Source of the DNA: Candidatus Omnitrophota bacterium
Lineage (GTDB): Bacteria; Omnitrophota; Omnitrophia; Omnitrophales; Aquincolibacteriaceae
DNA length: 64,000 bases
NCBI GenBank assembly: GCA_022705945.1
Contig: JAKJDL010000001.1
Location: 53,047-117,046 of the forward strand
Reading direction: 5' to 3'
Below are positions 37,665 to 47,402 of the stretch, one piece after another (the stretch's first letter is position 1; every line of letters starts with the position of its first letter). The translations under genes and the position numbers were made by a program. The notes beneath the pieces are model-generated. The model saw nothing but the letters and a program-made list of their open reading frames with translations, was not told where the DNA came from and searched no databases.

Positions 37665-38159
37665 TTATCGGTTATTCAGAATCTCCTGATAAATCTTCAG
37701 ATCTTCGTCCGAAAAACAGATGAACCGGATCTCATCAAAATCTTTTTCAAACTCGTATCCCACCCGGACCGCAATCCCGGCAGCCTCCTTCTTGGGATAC
37801 CCGTAAACACCCGTGCTGATCGCAGGAAAAGAGATGGAACGAATACCGTTTTCCCGTGCCAATTTAAAACTGTTCCGGTAAGCGCTTTGCAAAAGTTCCG
37901 GTTCATGCTGCCCGCCCCCGCGCCATATCGGACCCACCGTATGAATAATTTTTTTTGCCCGCAACCGCCCGCTTCCCGTTATCACGGCTTCGCCCGTCGG
38001 ACATCGGCCGATCCGCCGGCACTCATCCATCACGCCAGGCCCGGCGGCACGGTGGATGGCACCGTCCACTCCTCCGCCGCCTTTCAGGCCCGTATTGGCG
38101 GCATTCACGATCGCCTCAGTGTCTTCCCGGGTAATGTCACCTTTTCGGACAGTAATCAT
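37665..38159 (-). CDS. Macro-domain protein (ADP-ribose / O-acetyl-ADP-ribose processing, YmdB-like)
   Basis: MITVRKGDITREDTEAIVNAANTGLKGGGGVDGAIHRAAGP and CPTGEAVITGSGRLRAKKIIHTVGP are canonical macro-domain motifs. Confidence 0.8.
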   Translation of the reverse strand: MITVRKGDITREDTEAIVNAANTGLKGGGGVDGAIHRAAGPGVMDECRRIGRCPTGEAVITGSGRLRAKKIIHTVGPIWRGGGQHEPELLQSAYRNSFKLARENGIRSISFPAISTGVYGYPKKEAAGIAVRVGYEFEKDFDEIRFICFSDEDLKIYQEILNNR

Positions 38160-38423
38160 TCGACTCCCATACCCCGCACATCACAACCTGCTTTTCACGA
38201 GATCTATTATCAAAATCAATATGATCCGCTGCCGCTCCCCCAAAGTCGTTTGCCCGCCAATAGCCGGAATGTCAGGGATGGTTTAACTAACGAGGCCCGC
38301 ACTTGAGAAAAACTGTTCCCGCCATGCCACATCTCGTCGTGGAAAAACCCGAGGCTCAGGCCTCAACAAATCACACGCGGCAATCAATCCTTCCGCAAAA
38401 ACACATTTCGAATATCGCCAAAT

Positions 38424-38789
38424 TCAACCGGCTTTTTTTTGCAAAAGTTTTGTAATGGAATCTACAAGATAATCCGCCTGAAACGGTTTCGAAATACATG
38501 CGTCCGCGCGGCACTTTTGGGGGAAATAGACCTCACTGACGTAAGCGCTTAAAAGCAGCACCGGAGTATCGCTGCGGTCGGAATCCTTGATCATATCGCA
38601 AAGTTGGTAGCCATTAATTCCGGGCATATTGATATCCAGAATCACCAGATCAAAGCCGCCGCGGCCAAACAATTCCCAGGCGGTAGTCCCATCGGCGACC
38701 CAAACCGTTTCATGTCCGCTGGCCTGCAAACGCTCTTTGACTATAATCCCGACATCTTCTTCGTCATCCGCCAGGAGGATATTCGCCAT
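38424..38789 (-). CDS. Standalone CheY-like receiver-domain protein
   Basis: MANILLADDEEDVG...DLVILDINMPGINGYQLCDMIK...LLLSAYV is a REC domain only (121 aa). It lies 2 nt downstream of mutL. Confidence 0.8.
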   Translation of the reverse strand: MANILLADDEEDVGIIVKERLQASGHETVWVADGTTAWELFGRGGFDLVILDINMPGINGYQLCDMIKDSDRSDTPVLLLSAYVSEVYFPQKCRADACISKPFQADYLVDSITKLLQKKAG

Positions 38790-38791
38790 GG

Positions 38792-40552
38792 TCAGACCTT
38801 TCGTTTGAACTGTTTTTCGATATCTGAGGCATGATAGCGAATCATCGTCGGTCTGCCGTGCGGGCAGTTAAACGGATTCTCACATTTCCCCAGCTGCGCC
38901 AAAAGCGCTTCAATCGCGGGGAACCCCAAAGAATCGGCTGCCTTGACCGACTTCCGCTTGCAAGCGATCAAGGCGGCCACATCTCCCTCCCGGCTTTTAA
39001 GCCGGGTCTGCATCTTCCCCGTTTCCTTCTCATCGGCAAATTCCTTCAAAAGCGTTACAGGATTTTCATCTTTCAAGATTGACGGGACCGCCCGAACCAC
39101 AAGTGACCGCTCACCAAAAAGCTCGGCTTCAAACCCAAGCTGATTAAGAAAATCAAGATTCTCTTTCAGGATTTCGATTTGTCTCACGGGAAGATCAAGG
39201 ATTTCTTCAATCAGGAGCCTCTGGCTTGACGGATGTCTGGAAGAGAATCCTTTCATCAACGCCTCAAACATAACCCGCTCATGGGCCGCATGCTGATCGA
39301 TAAGCACATAGCCCTCTTCCGTCTCCGCAAGAATATAAGTCCGGTGGATCTGTCCGAGGATCTTTGTGATACAAACCTTTTTACCGATTCTGATGGAACC
39401 GTAGCAGGCTCCGAGTTCGCCTATCGCGGTATCACATTCCGCCGTCCGCAGAAAACTGTCCGACTCCTCCCGCGTGTTTTTAATCAAAGATGCCGGCAAT
39501 GACTGGGGCACGCCGCTTTTTTCGATATCTTTGGCAAAACTCGACACGAGCGGGGCGAGATCTCCGGCCTGTGTTAACCCCCGGGAAACCGTCTTTTCGA
39601 CCAGGGATTTGATCATTGCCTCATGGGACAGCCGGACCTGCTGCTTGGTCGGATGAACATTCACGTCAACGTGGTGCGGATCAATATCGAAAAAAAGAAC
39701 TGCCGCGGGAAACCGGTGTTGCATAAGGAATCCGTGATAACCGGCCTGGAGCGCATGAGACAGTCCGTAGGCTTTGACCCAGCGCCGGTTGATGAAAAAA
39801 AATTGTCCTGCCCGGTTCCCTGAAGCCAGAGAGGGCTTGCCGATCAATCCGCTAATTTTCGCATAAGGAATATCCCCGTGCACAGGGATCATCTGATCGG
39901 CCCAATCATCCCCGAAGATCGCCCGCGCGCGTACGGCAAGATCATTAGTCGGTAAAAGATTGAGCACCTCTTTATCTTGAGAGCGCAAGATGAAATGGAC
40001 ACTCAGATTTGCAAGAGCAAGACAGATAACCGTATCAAGGATATGTCCAAACTCGGTCGAATCCTGCCTTAAGAATTTTCGCCTGGCGGGCGTATTAAAA
40101 AAAAGATCGCGCACCTCCGCAACCGTTCCCTGTGCGGCCGTGCATTCTCGGGCCTTCACCAAATTTCCTCCCTCGACCACAAGCTCTGTACCGGACAAGG
40201 ACGATGAAGTGCGACTTTGCAGTGTGAATCGGGATACCGCCGCGATACTCGGGAGCGCCTCACCCCGAAATCCGAAGCTTCGAACGCCATTTAGATCTTC
40301 CGCTTTTTCGATCTTGCTCGTCGCATGACGCAGAACGGAAAGCTGGGCATCCTCTGCGGTCATCCCTGACCCGTCATCCATAACCCGGATCAGGCTTTTT
40401 CCTCCGTGCTTCACATCAATCTCAATCGCGGAAGACCCCGCATCAAGCGCGTTTTCGACAAGCTCCTTGACGATTGATGCCGGCCGTTCAATCACTTCCC
40501 CCGCCGAGATCTTATTAGCAATCGCCTCGGGCAATACGCGGATCTTTCCCAT
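38792..40552 (-). CDS. mutL: DNA mismatch repair protein MutL
   Basis: The N-terminal GHKL ATPase is IRVLPEAIANKISAGEVIERPASIVKELVENALDAGSS. The C-terminal domain contains an endonuclease-type region. Confidence 0.9.
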   Translation of the reverse strand: MGKIRVLPEAIANKISAGEVIERPASIVKELVENALDAGSSAIEIDVKHGGKSLIRVMDDGSGMTAEDAQLSVLRHATSKIEKAEDLNGVRSFGFRGEALPSIAAVSRFTLQSRTSSSLSGTELVVEGGNLVKARECTAAQGTVAEVRDLFFNTPARRKFLRQDSTEFGHILDTVICLALANLSVHFILRSQDKEVLNLLPTNDLAVRARAIFGDDWADQMIPVHGDIPYAKISGLIGKPSLASGNRAGQFFFINRRWVKAYGLSHALQAGYHGFLMQHRFPAAVLFFDIDPHHVDVNVHPTKQQVRLSHEAMIKSLVEKTVSRGLTQAGDLAPLVSSFAKDIEKSGVPQSLPASLIKNTREESDSFLRTAECDTAIGELGACYGSIRIGKKVCITKILGQIHRTYILAETEEGYVLIDQHAAHERVMFEALMKGFSSRHPSSQRLLIEEILDLPVRQIEILKENLDFLNQLGFEAELFGERSLVVRAVPSILKDENPVTLLKEFADEKETGKMQTRLKSREGDVAALIACKRKSVKAADSLGFPAIEALLAQLGKCENPFNCPHGRPTMIRYHASDIEKQFKRKV

Positions 40553-40554
40553 AT

Positions 40555-43203
40555 CTACCGGACCTTCTTTTTAAGTTCTGCGATCTTTTGAAGCGCTTCA
40601 AGCGGCGTCAACCGGTTCGTATCGATCTTCTTCAGTTCCTCTTCAACCGCGCTTGATTCCCGTTTCGCTTGATCAAAAAACGCGGCAGCGTTCCCGTTTT
40701 TCGCTTTGGATATCCTGTGTTTTTTGGCTTCGATCAGCTCGGTTGCCTCGCTTTTTTCGCTTTCAAGAATCTTCAGGATATCCTGGGCCCGTTTTATCAC
40801 GCCGTCCGGAAGCCCCGCAAGTTCCGCGACATGGATCCCGTAACTTCGCTCAGAAGCCCCCCGGACAACTTTTCTCAGAAAAAGAATCCCTTCCGAGGTA
40901 TCTCTCACCGCCATTTTATAGTTTCGGATACCTTTAAAATGATCCTCAAGCTGTGTCAGTTCGTGATAATGCGTCGCAAAAAGCGTCCTGGGCCGTACCT
41001 TCCCCTGAACAAGAAATTCACACATCGCCCATGCAATACTGACTCCGTCGAAAGTCGAGGTCCCGCGGCCGACTTCATCGAGAATAAGAAGGCTGCGACC
41101 TGTCGCCTCCCGAAGAATATGGGCCGTTTCAAGCATCTCGACCATGAAGGTGCTTTCACCGCGGGCAAGATCGTCGGATGCCCCGATCCTGGTAAAAATC
41201 CTGTCCGCAAAACCGATGTTCGCCTTGCGGGCCGGTACAAAGGAGCCAACTTGTGCCAAAAGCACGATTTGAGCCACCTGGCGGATATAGGTCGATTTCC
41301 CCGCCATGTTCGGGCCGGTCAAAATGATCAATTGCTCAGCCTCGTCGTCAAGCAACACATCGTTCTCGACAAATTTTCCGCTCGGGAGCATGCTCTCCAC
41401 AACCGGATGCCTTCCGCCCTCGATCGAAATCCGGCTTTTATCGTTAACTTCGGGCATGGTCCATTTTTTTTCGATCGCGATCCTTGCGAATGAAAGAAGG
41501 GTGTCAAGAATCCCGACCGCTTTTGCCATTTCCTGGAGCGCTCCCAGATCCTCAAGAACCTTTTGGCGGATCTCCAGGAAAAGCTGATATTCAAGGGCCT
41601 TGATCCTGTCCTGGGCTCCCGAGATCTTTTCATCCCACTCCTTGAGCTCGGGAACAACAAACCGCTCGGCATTCGCAAGGGTTTGCCGACGGATATAGTT
41701 CTCCGGCACTTGATCCAGATAGGACTTGCTGATCTCTATCGCGTACCCGAACACCTGGGAGTATTTAATCTTGAGTGAGCGGATACCGGTCCTCTCCACC
41801 TCCCGCTGCTGGAAATCAAGGATCCAGCGCTTGCCGTTTTGTGAAATATCGCGCAGCTCATCAAGTTCCTTTGAATAACCCGGGCAGATCAACCCTCCGT
41901 CCTTGACCGCCAGAGGGGGTTCTTCAACGATCGACCGGGCGATCAGTTCGCTGATGGAGGGAAAAGGCTGGATCATTTTTTGAATACCCCGGATCAATTC
42001 ACCGTCGAACGCCGCAAGAATGTTCCTGATTTCGGGCACCCTCTCAAGGAAAAATCTGAGATTCACAAGATCCCGCGCGTTTGCGACACCATAGTTCAGC
42101 CGGCTCAGTGTCCGCTCCATATCTTTAACACCCTTCAGAAGCCTCCCGATCGTTTCGGCCTGCCGCGCTTCCCTGATCAGCTCGGTCACGGATTCCTGAC
42201 GTTTTTTGATCTCCCTCAGATCAAGCAACGGATGCGTCAACCAGTGATAAAGAATGCGCGACCCCATCGCCGTGAGCGTCCGGTCGATAACCGAAAGAAG
42301 GGTCCCGTGGTTTTTGTGTCCGCTGAGAGACGTCGTGAGTTCGAGGCTGCGCTGGGCCTGACGGTCGAGAACCATAAACTGGGCTGAATTAAAAAAACGC
42401 GGCGGCCGGACATGTTCAAGGGCGCTATGAAAATGATCCTTGAGATAATAAAGGATCGAACCGCAGGCACCGACCGCCAGCGAGTGATCGTGGAACGAGA
42501 ACGCCTTGGAAGAGCCGAACTGGAAAGTTTCTTTTAAAAGGCGGATGGCATCGTCGTATTCGAAAATCCAATCCTCATAGACCGTCAAGGCGGCACCGAT
42601 CGTTCCCTTGACAAAATTGACAAGATCTTCTCTCTCTTCAAGGGATCTTGGAATCACCACTTCGCGCGGCCAAAGGAGTGTCAACTCATCCGCCAGACGG
42701 TCGGAAGCGACTTCGCGGACATAAAATTCTCCGGTGCTGAGCTCAAGATAGGCAAGCACGGCGGATTCCTTGTCCGCAAGGATAGAAACCATGTATTGCG
42801 GGTTTTTCCCGGGAGTTTCGTCGTCCAGATAGGTAGCGGGTGTAATAATGCGGGTGATCTTCCGTTCCACAAGACCTTTCGCCTGTTCCGGATCACCGAC
42901 CTGTTCACAAATAGCAACTTTCAGATTACTCTCCAAAAGTGTCCGGACATACCCCTGAAACGCATGATGAGGAATACCGCACATCGGAACACGTCCGGCC
43001 TCTCCGCCTTCACGGCCGGTCAGGGTGATATTGAGAATGTCGGATGCGCGCACCGCATCCTCAAAAAACATTTCATAGAAATCCCCTAGACGGAAAAAAA
43101 GGACGGTATCAGCCGAGAGAGTCTTCTTGATGGAGCGGTACTGCTCCATCATGGGAGTCAGCTTGACGGGAGTATCAAGGTTCGGAAGATTCGGCTGCTT
43201 CAA
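40555..43203 (-). CDS. mutS: DNA mismatch repair protein MutS
   Basis: N-terminus TPMMEQYRSIKKTLSADTVLFFRLGDFYEMFFEDA is the mismatch-binding domain. Walker A is GPNMAGKSTYIRQVA. Overall length is 882 aa. Confidence 0.95.
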   Translation of the reverse strand: MKQPNLPNLDTPVKLTPMMEQYRSIKKTLSADTVLFFRLGDFYEMFFEDAVRASDILNITLTGREGGEAGRVPMCGIPHHAFQGYVRTLLESNLKVAICEQVGDPEQAKGLVERKITRIITPATYLDDETPGKNPQYMVSILADKESAVLAYLELSTGEFYVREVASDRLADELTLLWPREVVIPRSLEEREDLVNFVKGTIGAALTVYEDWIFEYDDAIRLLKETFQFGSSKAFSFHDHSLAVGACGSILYYLKDHFHSALEHVRPPRFFNSAQFMVLDRQAQRSLELTTSLSGHKNHGTLLSVIDRTLTAMGSRILYHWLTHPLLDLREIKKRQESVTELIREARQAETIGRLLKGVKDMERTLSRLNYGVANARDLVNLRFFLERVPEIRNILAAFDGELIRGIQKMIQPFPSISELIARSIVEEPPLAVKDGGLICPGYSKELDELRDISQNGKRWILDFQQREVERTGIRSLKIKYSQVFGYAIEISKSYLDQVPENYIRRQTLANAERFVVPELKEWDEKISGAQDRIKALEYQLFLEIRQKVLEDLGALQEMAKAVGILDTLLSFARIAIEKKWTMPEVNDKSRISIEGGRHPVVESMLPSGKFVENDVLLDDEAEQLIILTGPNMAGKSTYIRQVAQIVLLAQVGSFVPARKANIGFADRIFTRIGASDDLARGESTFMVEMLETAHILREATGRSLLILDEVGRGTSTFDGVSIAWAMCEFLVQGKVRPRTLFATHYHELTQLEDHFKGIRNYKMAVRDTSEGILFLRKVVRGASERSYGIHVAELAGLPDGVIKRAQDILKILESEKSEATELIEAKKHRISKAKNGNAAAFFDQAKRESSAVEEELKKIDTNRLTPLEALQKIAELKKKVR

Positions 43204-43273
43204 GGCTTAGCTCCTAAAATTGGGATTCAGTATTGCCGAGTATAGCCGAACCCCAACAATCATTAAAGCGCTT

Positions 43274-44527
43274 TTAGCTGTTTGACACGATCGAAGTCTC
43301 GGGTTTTAACGGCAGATAAGGGATAAGAACCAGAACAAAAAGAGAAAAAACAGCTGAAACCAGGATAAGCGGACGGAGACCTATCATCGGGAAAAGAAAT
43401 CCTCCCAGGGCTTGAGACCCCATCTGTCCGAGGTTATAGAAAGACATCAGAAGGGCAAATACCGTTCCCCCCGCGTATCGGGGAGAGACTTTGGCCGCCA
43501 GATTGAGAAGTGTTAGAAAGATTACAGAGCTGGCGATGCCGAGGAAGAAGTTCATGCCGAGCGCGAGCCCTTTCATGACGGTGGGCCTTGCGATTATCGG
43601 GTGAGCAAAATAAACAAAGTAAGAAAGGGTCGCCAGCACCCCGAGAATAACGGCAATCCTGAGGAAGCGGCGGATCGGAAAGTCGGCAAAAAAAATCCCG
43701 TAAGAAATGCTCCCGGCTAAAGCTCCGGCGCCGGCAACAGCTTGAAGGATACCAAGAAATGTTCCGCTGAATTTAAGAGTATCTACGGCGTAATAAAAAA
43801 AAGGCGCTCCGAAGGAAGGCGAAAAATTCCACAAGAAAAGGAAAAACGCGAGGATCCAGATCCCCGGATGGCGGAAGATATCCTTAAGATCATGCCCCGC
43901 TGTCACCTCCGGATGGGGCATTGTGGGTTCGCGGACCAAAAGTATGACGATTGCCGCGGTCAACAGCGGGCAAAATGCCGTGATCGCAAAAATAACCTGA
44001 TAGGATATCTTCCCCCCGCGGGCAAGGTCCGCAACCCATCCGCCGGCAAGCGCGGTCAGAATCATGGCGGCATAAACAGCCGTCCACTGAATCGATTGAA
44101 ACTGGCCTGTCATATTAAGAGGCTGCCCTGTCTCGACCATCAGACCGTCCGTCACGACATCCTGGAATGCATAGGCCATGTAGATCAAAGTGATCAGGAG
44201 AAGGAGTGTCGGCACGGTATAAATGGTCAGGGATGACAGGACAAGCCATGCACCGCCCGCAAAAAGCGACGTCAGAACCAGATAAGATTTTCGCCGGGAG
44301 CCAAATATCGGGAAAAAATCCGACAGGATGCCCCACAAAGGCTTGACCACCCATGCCAGAAGCGTCACCGCCTGGAAATAGGCCATTTGGGTGGGTGTAA
44401 GACCGGCATTATTTTTAAGGAGGAAATTGACCGCAAGCGCCGGCATCGCTCCAAGACCATTCATGGAGAAAAAATAAACCGACGCAAAAACAACAGCCAG
44501 CGGCAACCACTCGGAGCGTTTTCGCAT
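43274..44527 (-). CDS. MFS-type transporter (folate-biopterin transporter / BT1-like)
   Basis: It has about 12 TM helices, and the N-terminal region resembles the BT1 family. The start is moved to the internal Met (MRKRSEWLPLAVVF) to avoid an extension that overlaps the divergent HAD gene. Confidence 0.65.
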   Translation of the reverse strand: MRKRSEWLPLAVVFASVYFFSMNGLGAMPALAVNFLLKNNAGLTPTQMAYFQAVTLLAWVVKPLWGILSDFFPIFGSRRKSYLVLTSLFAGGAWLVLSSLTIYTVPTLLLLITLIYMAYAFQDVVTDGLMVETGQPLNMTGQFQSIQWTAVYAAMILTALAGGWVADLARGGKISYQVIFAITAFCPLLTAAIVILLVREPTMPHPEVTAGHDLKDIFRHPGIWILAFFLFLWNFSPSFGAPFFYYAVDTLKFSGTFLGILQAVAGAGALAGSISYGIFFADFPIRRFLRIAVILGVLATLSYFVYFAHPIIARPTVMKGLALGMNFFLGIASSVIFLTLLNLAAKVSPRYAGGTVFALLMSFYNLGQMGSQALGGFLFPMIGLRPLILVSAVFSLFVLVLIPYLPLKPETSIVSNS

Positions 44528-44576
44528 GGGCGGTAATATAACATAACTTCCTAAGCCTCTTATGCTAAAATCCGCC

Positions 44577-45263
44577 ATGCCACAGAAACTTCTCTTATTC
44601 GACATCGACGGAACCCTTCTGCTCGCGGGCGGCGCAGGCAAGGTTGCGCTAGAACAGGCTTTCCAGGAGCTTTTTGGCATCCCGGAATGCTGGGGCAATC
44701 TTGATCCTCACGGTCGAACCGATGCTTCCATCTTTGATGAAATCGCCGGACGCTGTCTGGGCCGTCTTCTCACCCGGGACGAGTTTGACCGCTTGATGCG
44801 CCGCTATGAAACTCTTTTCGAAGACCGCATTATGACGGCCGCCTGTTATGAACTCATGCCCGGCGTCACCCGGTTACTGGAATATCTTTCGAAGGAGCCG
44901 GGGATTTTTCTCGCTCTTGCAACCGGAAATTTTGAGGGAGCGGGACGGATGAAACTGAAACGCGGTAAAATTGAACACTATTTTAAAGCGGGCGGTTTCG
45001 GGATGGATTCAAGGGAACGTCACAAGATCCTGCTTGCCGCGGTAGAACATGCCGAATCAGTCAGCGGCAAGAGTTTTTCAAAGACTGATATTTATGTGAT
45101 AGGCGACACCGAATACGACGTCGCGGCAGCAAAAAAAGCGGGGCTTAAAAGCATCGCCGTCCTCACGAACGGGAGAACCGGATCGGACTTCAAAAATGAT
45201 CCCCCCGATCATATTCTGAAAGATCTCACCGATATCTCCGGGTTCATGGAATGTCTTAGATAA
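44577..45263 (+). CDS. HAD-superfamily hydrolase (phosphoglycolate phosphatase-like)
   Basis: DxDGTL motif I is present (LLLFDIDGTLL), motif III/IV is VIGDTEYDVAAAKKAG. It is the only plus-strand gene in the window. An alternative start is at 44562. Confidence 0.75.
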   Translation: MPQKLLLFDIDGTLLLAGGAGKVALEQAFQELFGIPECWGNLDPHGRTDASIFDEIAGRCLGRLLTRDEFDRLMRRYETLFEDRIMTAACYELMPGVTRLLEYLSKEPGIFLALATGNFEGAGRMKLKRGKIEHYFKAGGFGMDSRERHKILLAAVEHAESVSGKSFSKTDIYVIGDTEYDVAAAKKAGLKSIAVLTNGRTGSDFKNDPPDHILKDLTDISGFMECLR

Positions 45264-45278
45264 AAGCCGCGTTTCTTT

Positions 45279-45959
45279 TCAGAGCAGGCCGTGTTCCTGA
45301 AAGCTGTAATGCCGGTTATCTCCAATGATGATATGGTCGAGGATTCTGATGTTGACCGACAGGCAGGCGTGGCTGAGTTTTCGCGTGATTTCCTGATCTT
45401 CGCGGCTCGGTTCGGCTTTTCCCGACGGATGATTATGGACCAGCACAAGATTTGAAGCGTGAAATTCAAGCGCAGCTTTTACAACTTCCCTGGGATGAAC
45501 GGCCGCCTCATCCACGGTCCCGTAAAAAAGATCGCGGTCGTCCAGGATGCGAAGGGATTTATCGAGAAAAAGGACTTTGAATACCTCACGCTTTGAATCC
45601 CGAAGCGACGCGCAAAGATAATCCGCCACAGCCTGCGGGTTCCGGACAAAGTTCTGTCCGACAATATTCTCCCGAAGGTAGCGCCGGCCTATTTCGCGGA
45701 CCGCACAAAGCATCGCGACTCTGGCTTTGCCAAACCCTTTAACATCGCTCAAAGCCCGAGCCTCCTGGGCAAGAAGCTGCCGCAAACCTCCAAATTCCAG
45801 AAGAAGTGACCGGGAAAAACTTACGACGTCTTGTCCGCGCAATCCGTGTCCAAACAAAACGGCGAGCAGTTCGGCATCAGATAAAGCCGACGCGCCCTTT
45901 TCAAAAAGTTTTTCCCGCGGACGTTCTCCCGCCGGCCAATCCTTGATTCCTTTGATCAT
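45279..45959 (-). CDS. radC: RadC-like JAB/MPN domain protein (UPF0758)
   Basis: N-terminus IKDWPAGERPREKL, and the JAB motif LVLVHNHPSGKAEPSREDQ. The start is taken at MIKGIKDW. Confidence 0.8.
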   Translation of the reverse strand: MIKGIKDWPAGERPREKLFEKGASALSDAELLAVLFGHGLRGQDVVSFSRSLLLEFGGLRQLLAQEARALSDVKGFGKARVAMLCAVREIGRRYLRENIVGQNFVRNPQAVADYLCASLRDSKREVFKVLFLDKSLRILDDRDLFYGTVDEAAVHPREVVKAALEFHASNLVLVHNHPSGKAEPSREDQEITRKLSHACLSVNIRILDHIIIGDNRHYSFQEHGLL

Positions 45960-46040
45960 GCCTCCCATCCTAACAAGGGACGGGAATCTGTCAATGTTTA
46001 TTTGATATATTTTTATTTATTATAAATAATATATCGAAGT

Positions 46041-46472
46041 TCAAAAGATCTGGATCAGGCGCGACGAACCCCCGACTATTTTCAGGCGTATCCGGCGCGC
46101 GGTCAAAGGCACAAGACCCGCGGCCTTTTCCGCCCACTCGACGCAACAGATCGCATGCGGATCAGCCATAAATTCGTCAATACCGATATTTTCAAATTCA
46201 CTGGTTTCATCAAGGCGGTAGCAGTCGAAGTGATAGAGCGGGATCCGGGCCTTGTAAACATGCATCAGGACAAAGGTCGGACTTTTAACCTGCTCGGGAT
46301 GTTTGAGACCGAGACCCTCAGCGATCCCTTTAATAAAGGTCGTTTTACCGCTCCCGAGATCCCCTTCCAGGCAAAGCACGGTTCCCGGTTTCAGGTTCCG
46401 CGCAATTTTCTTCGCGAAGGCAATCGTCTCGTCGGCCGAATTCGTGATGATCTCTTGTCGTGTCTTTTTCAT
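46041..46472 (-). CDS. tsaE: tRNA threonylcarbamoyladenosine biosynthesis protein TsaE
   Basis: LEGDLGSGKTTFIKGI is the P-loop, SPTFVLMHVY is the TsaE signature. Confidence 0.85.
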   Translation of the reverse strand: MKKTRQEIITNSADETIAFAKKIARNLKPGTVLCLEGDLGSGKTTFIKGIAEGLGLKHPEQVKSPTFVLMHVYKARIPLYHFDCYRLDETSEFENIGIDEFMADPHAICCVEWAEKAAGLVPLTARRIRLKIVGGSSRLIQIF

Positions 46473-46475
46473 AAA

Positions 46476-47402
46476 TCAAAAATGGCGGTAACCTTTTTTC
46501 CTGAGATGTGTCAAAGCAATACGTTTGCCGCCGGAAAAATATCGAACGGTAGGTGCCCCGGAGGAGATTTTCCCGATCCAGCTCAATGGAACTTCAGGAA
46601 AGCGTTTTTTCCATCCGTTTTCAATCCGCGTTTTTCCCTCCGCCGATATCGTAAAAAGAAGCTCGAAATCTTCACCGTCAGTCAGGGCCCTTTCAAGAGC
46701 CGCCGCTCCGCGGCCGGAGGTAAGCGCCAGGGCATCCCGGGAAACGGGGATCAGGTCAAGATTGAGTTCAGCGGTCTTCCCGGACGCGTGAAGAATATGT
46801 TCGAGATCCTGAATTAAACCGTCGGAAATATCGATCATTGAATTCACCCGGCCAGCCCCTGCCAGAAACTTGCCTTCACGCAGGCGCGGCAGGAATGAAT
46901 AATGATGCCTCCTTATCGAGCCGCCCAAAACTCCGGTAACACCGACATAGTCCCCGCTTTTCGCGCCCGAGCGAAGCACCGGATCGACCGCCCTGCCTAA
47001 AACCGTCACGCTGGCCGAGAACTCTTTAGAGCGGGAAAAATCACCCCCGACGCAGCCGATCTCGCATTCTTCGGCCAACTTGAGCATTCCGTCATAAAAA
47101 CGGTCGAGCCACTTTACCGTTATGTATTCGGGCTTCCCGACACTCAAAACGAACACGAACGGCTCGGCACCCATCGCCGCGAGATCGCTCAAATTAACCG
47201 CCAAAGCTTTCCGGCCTATTTTCTCGGGGCTTAGCTTTCCCAAAACAAAATCAACACCTTCAACCAGCATATCGGTCGCAATCACCAAGCTTCCCCGCCC
47301 AACCCCTTTCAGCACCGCAGCGTCATCGCCGATTCCTTTCAAAACGTGTTTCGAGCGCGGGACCCTCTTTCTCAGCTTTTCAATGAAAGCAAATTCGTCC
47401 AT
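46476..47402 (-). CDS. thiL: Thiamine-monophosphate kinase
   Basis: IGDDAAVL and ATDMLVEGVDF are AIR-synthase-related ThiL motifs. Confidence 0.85.
   Translation of the reverse strand: MDEFAFIEKLRKRVPRSKHVLKGIGDDAAVLKGVGRGSLVIATDMLVEGVDFVLGKLSPEKIGRKALAVNLSDLAAMGAEPFVFVLSVGKPEYITVKWLDRFYDGMLKLAEECEIGCVGGDFSRSKEFSASVTVLGRAVDPVLRSGAKSGDYVGVTGVLGGSIRRHHYSFLPRLREGKFLAGAGRVNSMIDISDGLIQDLEHILHASGKTAELNLDLIPVSRDALALTSGRGAAALERALTDGEDFELLFTISAEGKTRIENGWKKRFPEVPLSWIGKISSGAPTVRYFSGGKRIALTHLRKKGYRHF

Noticed and set aside
43274-44698. Long N-terminal extension of the MFS transporter ORF (474-aa version)
   Set aside because: The extension is Pro/Ser/Arg-rich and overlaps the divergent HAD gene start. 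The internal Met at 44527 precedes the first TM helix and is the more plausible start.
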